A stretch of DNA of 54,267 nt from Sedimentisphaerales bacterium (GTDB lineage: Bacteria; Planctomycetota; Phycisphaerae; Sedimentisphaerales; SM23-30): assembly GCA_963663805.2 (NCBI GenBank), contig CAXXMR010000023.1, positions 1 to 54,267 of the forward strand. Direction: 5' to 3'. A program made the translations under genes and the position numbers. The first letter of the stretch is position 1, and each line of letters starts with the position of its first letter. Positions 22,869 through 32,189 of this stretch are shown here, one piece after another. The notes below the pieces were generated by a model. The model was not told the DNA's origin, ran no database searches, and saw nothing but the letters and a program-made list of their open reading frames with translations.

Positions 22869-24092
22869 TTAGGACAACCGCCCTTTGAAATCCTCATAAC
22901 CAAACTCACGAATAATCTTAACATCACCGCCGGGCTTTTCCGAATCGCAGCTGGCAATCGCCGGCAACTGAATCCCGTTAAACATCGTATTCTTAACCAA
23001 TGTATATTGCGACATATCACAAAACACCAGCTTGTCACCAACACTAATGTCTTTATCAAAACCATATTCGCCGATAATATCACCCGACAAACACGTCTTG
23101 CCGCCCACAATATATTTATTCTCAAACTCATCCAGCGGCATGTCCATCGAGGTATCACTAATAATCGAAGCTCCCTTCAACTCCGGCGTATAAGGCATCT
23201 CCAGAATATCCGGCATATGAGCCGACGCCGAAGAATCAACAATCAGAATATCACTAGAATGAGGATTCTCCAGAATATCCAGCACCTTCGTAACCATAAA
23301 CCCGGTATTCATCACATGCGCCTCACCCGGTTCCAGGTAAACATGCAAACCAGTACGCTGCTTGAAACCATCGATAATCTCGCAAAGCCAGTCCACATCA
23401 TATCCCTCACGAGTAATATGGTGACCGCCCCCAAAATTAATCCACTTCAACCCCGAAAAATATTTCCCAAAATACTTCTCCACATTTTCCAATGTCCTCT
23501 CCAACACATCCGGCCCCTGCTGACACATCGTATGAAAATGCAGCCCCTCAATCCCATCCATACTCTTGCCGTCAAACAGAACCTGGCGAACCCCAAATCG
23601 CGAACGAATCGTACACGGATTATATATCTCCGCGTGAACCTCCGAATACTCAGGATTGATACGCAAGCCCGGCGAAATATTCCGACCCGAACCTTCTATC
23701 ACAGACCGAAAAGTTTCCCATTGCTTAAAAGAATTGAAAACCACATGGTCCGCCAGTTTAACCGCTTCGGTCATTTCCTCAGCCGTATAAGCCGGTGAAT
23801 AAACATGTACCTGACCCATATCACATTCTTTTGCTAATCGCGCTTCGTATATACTGGACGCCGTCGCGCCCGCGATACTGCCCTTCATCTCATCAAAAAC
23901 GCCCCACGTGGCAAATGCCTTTAACGCCAGCAATATCTCAGCACCGGTCCGTTCCTGCACAATCTTAAGTGTCCGCATATTGCGACGAAGCAAAGCCCGG
24001 TCAATCAAAAAACAGGGCGTAGGCACATTTAACGAAGCGTAATCAAAAGAATTTTCCAATATAGTATCCTTTCCGCAAACCAACGTCCGCAA
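22869..24092 (-). CDS. nspC: Carboxynorspermidine decarboxylase (start possibly TTG 24059)
   Basis: LLALKAF, GLRINPE, SRFG, GLHFHTMC, NFGGGHHIT, EPGEA, CLSGD and YTLVKNTMFNG. Confidence 0.93.
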   Translation of the reverse strand: MRTLVCGKDTILENSFDYASLNVPTPCFLIDRALLRRNMRTLKIVQERTGAEILLALKAFATWGVFDEMKGSIAGATASSIYEARLAKECDMGQVHVYSPAYTAEEMTEAVKLADHVVFNSFKQWETFRSVIEGSGRNISPGLRINPEYSEVHAEIYNPCTIRSRFGVRQVLFDGKSMDGIEGLHFHTMCQQGPDVLERTLENVEKYFGKYFSGLKWINFGGGHHITREGYDVDWLCEIIDGFKQRTGLHVYLEPGEAHVMNTGFMVTKVLDILENPHSSDILIVDSSASAHMPDILEMPYTPELKGASIISDTSMDMPLDEFENKYIVGGKTCLSGDIIGEYGFDKDISVGDKLVFCDMSQYTLVKNTMFNGIQLPAIASCDSEKPGGDVKIIREFGYEDFKGRLS

Positions 24093-24152
24093 ACGTCAAA
24101 AAACAGATAAAGAGTTGTCTCCCGGCTCCATAATACTCCGGGAAATGTTTAT

Positions 24153-25352
24153 TTATTCCTGAAACAAATCGTCCGTCGGAAACGTCTCTTCCCACGGCAA
24201 ACCCCAGCTCATCAGATCTGCCATGAAGGGATCCGGATCCAGTTGTTCCATATTGAATACCCCCTGACCAGACCATTGACCCGTAAGCATCAGCTTGGCG
24301 CCAATCGCCGCCGGTACACCGGTTGTATAACTCACCGCCTGCGAACCCACCTCACGATAACATTCCTGATGGTCGCAGATGTTGTAAACATAGTAATTTT
24401 TCCGCTGGCCGTCTTTTTCCCCACGCGCCCAGATGCCGATACAGGTCTTGCCCTTCGTACGCGGACCCAACGAACCAGGGTCCGGCAGCAGCGCTTTCAA
24501 AAACTTCAGCGGAATAATCTCCGTGTCCCCATATTTCACCGGGTCAATCCGCGTCATCCCCACATTTTCCAGCACCTGCAAATGCGTCAGATACGACTGG
24601 CCGAAAGTCATCCAGAACCGCATCCGTTTGATACCCGAAAAATGCTTCGTCAGCGACTCCATCTCCTCATGATAAAGAAGATACATATCTTTGGGACCAA
24701 TCCCATCCGGAAAATCAAAAACCCGTTTGAACTCCATTGGCCGAGTCTCAATCCATTTACCATCCTGATAATATCTGCCTGGGGCCGACACCTCACGAAT
24801 ATTGATTTCCGGATTGAAGTTCGTCGCGAACGGATAACCGTGGTCACCGGCATTGCAGTCGATAATATCCACCGTCTCGATAGAATCGAAATGATGCTTC
24901 ATCGCGTAAGCCGTATAAACATTAGTCACCCCCGGGTCAAACCCGCTGCCCAAAAGGGCCATCAAACCCGCGGACTTAAAACGCTCGTGGTAAGCCCATT
25001 GCGGGCCGTACTCGAACTTAGCCAAATCAGGATGCTCATAATTAGCCGTATCCAGATAAGGCACACCCGTCTCCAGACAGGCATCCATGATCGTAAGGTC
25101 TTGATAAGGCAAAGCCACATGAACCAGAAGGTCAGGCCGAAAATCCCTGATAAGGGCGACCAGCTCGTTTTTGTTATCAGCGTCAACCTGAGCGGTTTCC
25201 ACCAGCGAAGGGCACGACTCAGCGATTTCATCGCATTTAGACTTGGTACGGGAAGCCAGAACTATCTCGGAAAATATCTCCCGATGCTGCGCACATTTAT
25301 GAGCTACAACTCGACCTACACCACCTGCGCCAACCACCAGGACTTTTCCCAT
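24153..25352 (-). CDS. Carboxynorspermidine dehydrogenase (saccharopine dehydrogenase family)
   Basis: GAGGVG, ALPYQDL, YLDTANYE, GSGFDPG, FATNFNPEINIRE and QAVSYTTGVPA; directly upstream of nspC. Confidence 0.92.
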   Translation of the reverse strand: MGKVLVVGAGGVGRVVAHKCAQHREIFSEIVLASRTKSKCDEIAESCPSLVETAQVDADNKNELVALIRDFRPDLLVHVALPYQDLTIMDACLETGVPYLDTANYEHPDLAKFEYGPQWAYHERFKSAGLMALLGSGFDPGVTNVYTAYAMKHHFDSIETVDIIDCNAGDHGYPFATNFNPEINIREVSAPGRYYQDGKWIETRPMEFKRVFDFPDGIGPKDMYLLYHEEMESLTKHFSGIKRMRFWMTFGQSYLTHLQVLENVGMTRIDPVKYGDTEIIPLKFLKALLPDPGSLGPRTKGKTCIGIWARGEKDGQRKNYYVYNICDHQECYREVGSQAVSYTTGVPAAIGAKLMLTGQWSGQGVFNMEQLDPDPFMADLMSWGLPWEETFPTDDLFQE

Positions 25353-25620
25353 AGCTAACTCTCCAAAATATACGCTCCGTACCAAGGGTTATGCCCGCGC
25401 TCACCGTCTGCCGCTTTTGCAAGCGGGGATTTGTACCATATCCGCCCGGCCTTATCAACCATTTATGTCGCATAATCTTATTCTTAAACTAAAACCCAAA
25501 CCAAACACTAACATTTACTCTTTTGTTTATAAACCCTTACGTTTTGAGAAAAAAAACTTGCCCTGCTCCGCCCAAAGCGATTTAATCCCCCAAAAGCGAA
25601 AATCGACCCGGAGAATTACC

Positions 25621-27567
25621 ATGACTCTGAATCATTATGACACCACAAAACTCAAATGGACCCTGACAGGTTATAACCCCTACGAATGGCAACTGGGCGT
25701 CTGCCGAGAAGTCGGCGTCTCTGCCAAACCCGATATTCCGCCCCTGCCAGTCCAGGTCCCCGGCTCAGCCCAGAAAGCACTGCTCCAGGCGGGCCAAATC
25801 CCCGACTGGAACATAGGACTTAACAGCAGAGAAATAGAATGGGTCGAAAACAGGCACTGGCTCTACCAAACTAATCTCCCCCAAAAGTGGTTTCAACCCG
25901 GCAAACGCTACAGACTGCACGCCCGCGGACTGGACCATAAAGGCCAGATATATCTCAATGGCCGGGAAATATACCGGTTCGACAACTGCCATATCGAACA
26001 CATTGTGGAAATCACCGACACACTCAACAACCACGATAACCTGCTCCAAATCCTGTTTGAATGCCCACCCCGCTGGCTCGGCCAAATCTATCGCTCCTCA
26101 AAAATCCGCGACTGGAAACCAAGATTCTACTATACCTGGGACTGGACCTGCCGAATGGTGCAAATCGGCATCTGGGACAATATCATCATCGAGCAAATCT
26201 GCGAACATGCCATCGAAAATATCAATGTCCAGACCGACTATAACCCCCAAACCCATCAAGGCAGCATCTCCCTGCAAGGACAAATCACCGGCCCGGACGA
26301 CCTGAACCTGAACATAAAAATTTCCGACGATAGCCAAACCATAGTATCAGAGTCAGTCCCCCTGCACTCTTTCCGCACCAAAGGCTATAAAGCCGACACT
26401 CTTGAAATCGCCCCCTGGTGGCCTAACAATCTGGGCGAACAATCGCTCTATAATCTCGAAATCACCCTCACCGACCAGCAAAACCACCTGCTCGACCAAT
26501 TCACCCGTAAGATAGGTTTCAAGAATATCCAATGGCACCAATGTCAAGATGCCCCCGAAAATGCCACCCCCTGGCTGTGTAACATTAACGGCCGAGACAT
26601 TTTCATTCAGGGAGTCAACTGGACACCCATCAGAACAAACTTCGCCGACCTTACCGAAGACAACTACCGTAAACTGCTCGAACAATATCATTCGATAGGC
26701 CTGAACACCCTCCGCGTCTGGGGCGGTGCGACTCTGGAAAAAAACTGTTTTTACGACCTCTGCGACGAGTACGGCCTGCTCGTCTGGCAGGAATTCCCAC
26801 TCAGCTCATCAGGCCTGGATAACTACCCGCCCGACGACGAGGAAATGACCCGCCAATACGTCGAGATCGTGGATTCCTATATCGACCGTCTGCACCATCA
26901 CCCCAGCCTGCTCCTCTGGAGCGGCGGCAATGAACTAACCAGCCTTGAAGGTGTCCCGCTTGGCCTCGAACACCCCATGTTCAAACAAGCCCACAAACTA
27001 ATCGCCCAAAAGGACAGCCAACATAGATTTATACCCACCTCCCCGTCAGGCCCATCATTCTGCGCCTCAGAAGATAATTACGGTAAAGGCCTGCACTGGG
27101 ACGTACACGGCCCCTGGCTCGTTGAAGGCAGCCTCGACGAAAAATGGCAAGCCTACTGGCAAAACGATGATTCACTCTTCCGCTCCGAGCTGGGCGCACC
27201 CGGCCCCGCCGACGCCGATTTAATCCGTCAATACGCCGGAACCTGCGACCTTACCCCCTCACCCGAAAACCCCCTCTGGAGCCGAACCGGCTGGTGGCTC
27301 GAACTCAACCAGTACATCAAAGAAAAAGGCACCCAACCTAAAACCCTCGAAGAATACGTCCAATGGGGCCAGCAAAGACAAACCGAAATACTGACCTTCG
27401 CCATCAGCTCATGCAAAAAACGCTTCCCCCGCTGCGGCGGAGTAATTATCTGGATGGGCCACGACTCCTTCCCCTGCACCGCAAACACCTCCATCATAGA
27501 CTTCAACGCCAACCTCAAACCCGCCGCCAAAGCACTGGCAAAAATCTTCCTGGCCTCGCCGTTATAG
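25621..27567 (+). CDS. Glycoside hydrolase family 2, beta-mannosidase-like
   Basis: WWPN, QGVNWTP, LRVWGG, CDEYGLLVWQEF, WSGGNE and FRSELG. Confidence 0.88.
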   Translation: MTLNHYDTTKLKWTLTGYNPYEWQLGVCREVGVSAKPDIPPLPVQVPGSAQKALLQAGQIPDWNIGLNSREIEWVENRHWLYQTNLPQKWFQPGKRYRLHARGLDHKGQIYLNGREIYRFDNCHIEHIVEITDTLNNHDNLLQILFECPPRWLGQIYRSSKIRDWKPRFYYTWDWTCRMVQIGIWDNIIIEQICEHAIENINVQTDYNPQTHQGSISLQGQITGPDDLNLNIKISDDSQTIVSESVPLHSFRTKGYKADTLEIAPWWPNNLGEQSLYNLEITLTDQQNHLLDQFTRKIGFKNIQWHQCQDAPENATPWLCNINGRDIFIQGVNWTPIRTNFADLTEDNYRKLLEQYHSIGLNTLRVWGGATLEKNCFYDLCDEYGLLVWQEFPLSSSGLDNYPPDDEEMTRQYVEIVDSYIDRLHHHPSLLLWSGGNELTSLEGVPLGLEHPMFKQAHKLIAQKDSQHRFIPTSPSGPSFCASEDNYGKGLHWDVHGPWLVEGSLDEKWQAYWQNDDSLFRSELGAPGPADADLIRQYAGTCDLTPSPENPLWSRTGWWLELNQYIKEKGTQPKTLEEYVQWGQQRQTEILTFAISSCKKRFPRCGGVIIWMGHDSFPCTANTSIIDFNANLKPAAKALAKIFLASPL

Positions 27568-27573
27568 AGCAAG

Positions 27574-29541
27574 TTAAGAATTTTTAGTATGATTCAGCTT
27601 TCCGCCCGCCAAAAGCAACTCGCGGTCCCGCTCGGACAGTTCCAGATTACATTTGAAACTAAAATCACGCGTAACATTCTTAATCTCAATAGTTTCCGAT
27701 TTACCGGCAATCGCCTGACGCAAGCCCGGACAAACCAGCTCATCGCCCTGCTGAATTTTATCATAATCAGCGGCATCCACAAAATTCGCCGGCACAATTC
27801 CAAAATTCACCAGATTCGCCCGATGAATCCGCTCGATAGTCTTGGCAATTACCAGCTTGATACCCAGATACATCGGACACAACGCCGCGTGCTCCCGGCT
27901 GGAGCCCTGACCGTAACTATCGCCGGCAACAATAATTCCGTGTTTACCAGCACCCTTGGCGGCCAGACTGCGTTCGGCGAAACTGGGCTTGCCTTCCTCG
28001 GTGAAGCAGTTGAATACGTATTTCGCGTATTCCGGAACGTTGGAACGGTATTTCAAAAACGTACCAGCCGGCATGATATGGTCGGTGGTGATTTTATCGC
28101 CGCAATGGAGTAAAACTTCGCCTTTGAGTTTTTCCGGCGGTGCTTCGGCGGCGGGAGGCGTGACGATACTGGCGGATTTGATTACCTTGACCTCAGCGGC
28201 TTCTTCGGGTGAAGCGGGTTTTTCAATCATGGAATCATCAATCTTGATTGTCTCAAGTTCTTCAATTTCGGGATATTGCAATCCCAGCAGGCCGGTCATC
28301 AGTCGAGGGTCGGTAATCTGGCCGGTAAGTGCCGCAGCCGCAGCGGTTTCCGGACTGGCAAGGTAAACAAGGTCGTCTTTGGTGCCGGTCCTGCCCTTGA
28401 AGTTACGATTGAAGGTACGGACACTTACAGTACCGTCAGCGGGCGACTGGCCCTGGCCGATGCAGGGGCCGCAGGAGGATTCCAGGATACGAGCGCCAGC
28501 CTGTACGAGGTCGTTGAGGGCTCCGTTTTCCGCCAAAAGGCCGATTACCTGACGGGAACCGGGTGCGATGCCTAATTCAACGGCAGGATGCACCGTACGA
28601 CCTTTGAGCATGGAAGCGACAGTCATCAGGTCACGATAACTGCTGTTAGTACAAGAACCTATAAGAACCTGACTAACCGCGGTGCCTTTGAGCTCAGCGA
28701 CGGTTTTGATATTGTCGGGACTGGAAGGAGCAGCGGTCAGCGGTTCAAGCAGGGTAAGGTCGATTTCGATTATCCGGTCATATTCAGCACCTTCATCAGC
28801 AGCGAGCGGACGGTAATCCTTTTGTCTGCCCTGACTTGCGAGGAACTTAGCGGTAATATCATCAGAGGGAAAAACACTGGTGGTCACGCCGAGTTCGGCA
28901 CCCATATTAGTGATGGTAGCCCGGGCGGGAACTGACAATGAAGCGACGCCGGGACCGAAATATTCAGCCACGCAACCGACATTACCGCGGGTGGAAAGGA
29001 TGCTTAACACCTTGATAATAACGTCTTTAGCGGAAACCCAGGCCGAGAGACGACCGGTGAGTTTGATGCCAATCACCTTGGGAGTGGTCAGATAAAAAGG
29101 TCCGCCGCCCATAGCGACAGCGACATCCAGCCCACCGGCACCGATCGCTAAACTACTTATTCCACCGGCAGTTGGAGTGTGGGAGTCGCTGCCGAGCTGA
29201 GTGGCACCGGGTTTGGCGAAGCGTTCGAGGTGGACTTGGTGGCAGATACCGTTGCCGGGGCGGGAATGGTATACACCTACTTTTTTGGCGATTGACTGGA
29301 GATAGAGGTGGTCGTTGTGGTTTTCGGGGCCGAACTGGGCCATATTGTGGTCAACGTAACTTACTGATAGTTCAGTTCTTACGCGGTCGATGCCCATTGA
29401 TTCAAAAAGGAGCATAGCGGTTGTGCCGGTGGCATCCTGCGTTATGGTCTGGTCGATTCTGATGCCGATTTCCTGGCCGACCGTCAGTTGGCCGGTGACG
29501 AGGTGGTTTCTCAGAATTTTGTAAGTTAAGGTTTCTTGCAT
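27574..29541 (-). CDS. Aconitate hydratase (short ~650-aa type)
   Basis: QDATG, DHN, GICHQVH, GSDSHT, IGSCTNSS, CGPCIG, NRNF, TTDHI and GSSREHAA. Confidence 0.93.
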   Translation of the reverse strand: MQETLTYKILRNHLVTGQLTVGQEIGIRIDQTITQDATGTTAMLLFESMGIDRVRTELSVSYVDHNMAQFGPENHNDHLYLQSIAKKVGVYHSRPGNGICHQVHLERFAKPGATQLGSDSHTPTAGGISSLAIGAGGLDVAVAMGGGPFYLTTPKVIGIKLTGRLSAWVSAKDVIIKVLSILSTRGNVGCVAEYFGPGVASLSVPARATITNMGAELGVTTSVFPSDDITAKFLASQGRQKDYRPLAADEGAEYDRIIEIDLTLLEPLTAAPSSPDNIKTVAELKGTAVSQVLIGSCTNSSYRDLMTVASMLKGRTVHPAVELGIAPGSRQVIGLLAENGALNDLVQAGARILESSCGPCIGQGQSPADGTVSVRTFNRNFKGRTGTKDDLVYLASPETAAAAALTGQITDPRLMTGLLGLQYPEIEELETIKIDDSMIEKPASPEEAAEVKVIKSASIVTPPAAEAPPEKLKGEVLLHCGDKITTDHIMPAGTFLKYRSNVPEYAKYVFNCFTEEGKPSFAERSLAAKGAGKHGIIVAGDSYGQGSSREHAALCPMYLGIKLVIAKTIERIHRANLVNFGIVPANFVDAADYDKIQQGDELVCPGLRQAIAGKSETIEIKNVTRDFSFKCNLELSERDRELLLAGGKLNHTKNS

Positions 29542-30058
29542 AGTTACGGCTCCTTTTAGCTGGGAGGTAAACCTCTTGCCCTGGTTGTTAGCCCTTCAAT
29601 TATAAGGAAAGCGGCATAAAGTGAAAGTTTATTTAGACTATAGTCGTAAGTGCTTGTTTTGTGTGGGAGTGATGGTTGTAAGTCTTTATTTTTGTGAGCG
29701 CGAGGGTGACTTCGTAGTCGCGATTGGGGCTTAAAACGGGTTTTTCTGGTGGGGGGGTCTCCTTAATGCGCAATTTGAAGGGGGCGAAATCATCGCGATT
29801 GGGGATTTGGGGGGGGTAAAAAGAGTGTTTGGGGCAGGGAGGGGGTGAGTTTGGGTGTGAATATGCCTGTTTGGGGCGTTACTGCGGTGGTAAAGTTGTG
29901 TTTGCGGTGGGGGTTTTCGGCGCGGTTTGGACTGGGACGACCGATTTTTGATGATTTTTTTGATTTTTCGAGCGTTTTTTTTGATTTTTGGGTTGGTTTT
30001 TGAGTGTTTTTTTGGGTGATTTTGAGATTTAGAAAGGCAGGAGGGATGAGACATTTAA

Positions 30059-30250
30059 GAAGGCAAGAGGCATTAGGCATGAGGCAGAAGTGAACGGCTA
30101 GGTTTCGACCTGCGGTCGAGGGCTGAATGATTAACGGCGAGGTGCTGCCTTGGGCAGGGGGTGTTTTTATTTTCAAACAAGGAAAAAAGAGATTTGACCC
30201 CTTTTTTTTAAGAAGGCAAGAGGGATGAGGGATGAGGCAAGAGTGAACGG
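30059..30250. repeat. Cluster of family C repeats (inverted relative to 521-636) plus an AAAAAGAGATTTGACCCCTTTTT palindrome
   Basis: AGGCAAGAGG-type heptamers followed by GTGAACGGC, twice. Confidence 0.65.
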
Positions 30251-30268
30251 CGGGAAAAATTAATTGTA

Positions 30269-30310
30269 CCGGACACCGTTTCTTCGTTCCGGACACCGTT
30301 TCTTCGTTCC
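30269..30310. repeat. 20-bp tandem repeat CCGGACACCGTTTCTTCGTT x2
   Basis: Exact copies at 30269-30288 and 30289-30308. Confidence 0.9.
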
Positions 30311-30343
30311 CGGCCCTATGTCCAGCGAACAGCAAGATTGAAT

Positions 30344-30547
30344 GGTCGCGTATTTGGTTGTCAAAGAGCCGGTTTGCCAGCGTGCAAAATGCACTCTTGC
30401 GTTTACCCAGGTCGATTGCTGCAATAGTTTCCCTGGCCAGATGCCCCTTAATCCTTGTGATGAATAAAGCGGTAATGCCCCAGCGGCAACCACGCCGGGA
30501 CGATTATAACATAATTCGTCCCGGAGCATCTGGCTTTCATAGTTTCT
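30344..30547 (-). pseudogene. Truncated, decayed left end and first ~30 codons of a second IS1111-type element
   Basis: Near copy of 31961-32163; start codon ATG changed to AGG; similarity stops at ~30344. Confidence 0.85.
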
Positions 30548-30659
30548 TAATTCACCCGGACACCTCCTATGAAGCCAGATGTGTCAAGGTTGATTTTAGT
30601 TTTTTTTGATTTTCTTTTTTTTCACTTTACGTACCTTTTCTGCAGCTCGGTTATGATCG

Positions 30660-30795
30660 GTCGTCTCATGCTCCTATTCAGGTTGCCGCGGGATTATTTT
30701 GATTTCGCGGGCCTATTAAACTTATGCGGCAGTCGGCCTATTCTTAAGTACGGGCTCAAATGGCCCAAGGTGTCCGTCAGGCTCGACTGTATTCG
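30660..30795 (-). ncRNA. Putative bridge RNA / seekRNA core (target-binding and donor-binding loops); true ends unknown
   Basis: Two hairpin-capped internal loops whose strands match the reconstructed target (GGACACCUU, ACUUAAG) and the end junction (AGUUU, AUAGGAG). Confidence 0.75.
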
Positions 30796-30946
30796 ATCTC
30801 GATCACTAAAGAGCTTCAATCATGTCAATTTTGTTTTTCTTATGGTCGTTAGGTTCTGGTTAATCTGGTTATTGTAAACGGTTCTTTATATTCGGCGTCA
30901 GCCGGGGGGAAGCCGGCGAGGATGCGACCTGAGCCGGATTCATTTT

Positions 30947-32050
30947 TTATTGAACGCACCTCTGAGGTGTTGGGGTCAGTCGATTTCTCCTTGTGTTAAC
31001 TGATACCTTTTGTATTTTATACTTCCAGGGTTTATGGTCGCGCAGCATGGCCCAGCAGCGAATAAGCAAATGTCGGGCAACGGCGATTATGGCTATTTTA
31101 CGTCGTTTAGCGCTGCCTCGGCTGACGCGTAAGTATATCTCTCGGGCCCAATCGTATCGCAAAGCGGCCCAACTGGCCTGAACTAATAACGCCCTCAAAA
31201 GAGGATTGCCGCGTTTGCTGATACGGCCGGTACGGTCCATTTGGCCGGACTGATAGCGGCGGGGAGTAAAACCGACATAACTGCTAACCTGGCGGCTGTT
31301 TTTAAAACGGTGAGGGTCATCAATAACCGCGACTATTGCCTCAGCGGTTCGGGGACCTACTCCTACGGCGGTTTGTAACAACTTTACCTTTTCCGATTTG
31401 TCATTGAGTTGGTTGAGTTTTTCGCTGGTCTGGTCGAGACATTTTTTTAGCGCCTCCAGTTGTTTCAGTTCCAGATCCAGTTGGCCACGCCAGAGTTCTT
31501 CGGGGTTATCTATTTCAGCGAAGGGCTGAGCCAATGTTTCTATTTGCTTGAGATGTTTTTTTGTCCAGCAGCTTTTGCCATCAGGCAGGTCTATGGCCAT
31601 GATAGTCATCAGGGCCCGGATGCTGTTTTTGACCTGCGTCTGGCGATTGACAAGCTTTTGGCGATAATAGATGAGACTGCGTTTTTGACGAACCGGTTTA
31701 TTGGGGACATGAACTTCAGGAAAGAAGCCGTGATGATACATCATAGCCAGGCGGTGAGCATCATCTTTGTCAGACTTGTTGGGATTGTTGGTCCATTTCC
31801 AGGCGGGATGATTGACGTTGGCAACCTTGAATTGCAGGCCCAACGCCGTGAGCATGTCCGCCAGCCAGCCGGCCTGAGAACCGACCTCGAAAAGTACGAT
31901 GGAATTTTCAGGGTCCAGCTGCGCGAAAATATCGTGGAACTCCTGTGGGGAAGTTCTGACGGTCGCGTATTTGGTTGTCAAAGAGCCGGTCTCCAGCTTG
32001 CAAAATGCACTCTTGCGTTTACCTAGGTCGATTGCTACAATAGTTTCCAT
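30947..32050 (-). CDS. IS110-family DEDD recombinase/transposase
   Basis: AIDLG, FEVG and KSDKDDA (DEDD), GVGPRTA, catalytic-serine motif RYQSG and GRISKRGN. Intact, 367 aa. Confidence 0.96.
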   Translation of the reverse strand: METIVAIDLGKRKSAFCKLETGSLTTKYATVRTSPQEFHDIFAQLDPENSIVLFEVGSQAGWLADMLTALGLQFKVANVNHPAWKWTNNPNKSDKDDAHRLAMMYHHGFFPEVHVPNKPVRQKRSLIYYRQKLVNRQTQVKNSIRALMTIMAIDLPDGKSCWTKKHLKQIETLAQPFAEIDNPEELWRGQLDLELKQLEALKKCLDQTSEKLNQLNDKSEKVKLLQTAVGVGPRTAEAIVAVIDDPHRFKNSRQVSSYVGFTPRRYQSGQMDRTGRISKRGNPLLRALLVQASWAALRYDWAREIYLRVSRGSAKRRKIAIIAVARHLLIRCWAMLRDHKPWKYKIQKVSVNTRRNRLTPTPQRCVQ

Positions 32051-32189
32051 GGTCAGATGCTCCTTAATCCTTGTGAAGAATAAAGTTGTGGTGCCCCAGC
32101 GGCAACCACGCCGGGACGATTATAACATAATTCGTCCCGGAGCATCTGGCTTTCATAGTTTCTTATTTTTCTCCCGCTCAGCCTTTAGT

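Larger units (their letters stand above)
30564..32163 (-). mobile_element. IS110-family element, IS1111 type (short left end, long right end, sub-terminal inverted repeats, AG core)
   Basis: Sub-terminal IRs ATGAAAGCCAGATG (32156-32143) and CATCTGGCTTCAT (30581-30569). AG at 32163-32162 and 30565-30564. No long target duplication. Confidence 0.9.

Noticed and set aside
21982..25352. Polyamine operon as a novel pathway
   Set aside because: It is the known carboxy(nor)spermidine dehydrogenase/decarboxylase route plus agmatinase.
29560..30060. Definite oriC call
   Set aside because: No clear TTATCCACA cluster (best is a 7/9 match near 29856), no dnaA/dnaN nearby, and the skew reverts within ~20 kb.
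30269..30310. CRISPR array
   Set aside because: Two abutting 20-mers with no spacers and no cas genes.
29731..30877. ORFs in the intergenic repeat/IS-end region
   Set aside because: Low-complexity products of skewed DNA, repeats and the IS non-coding end; no protein motifs.
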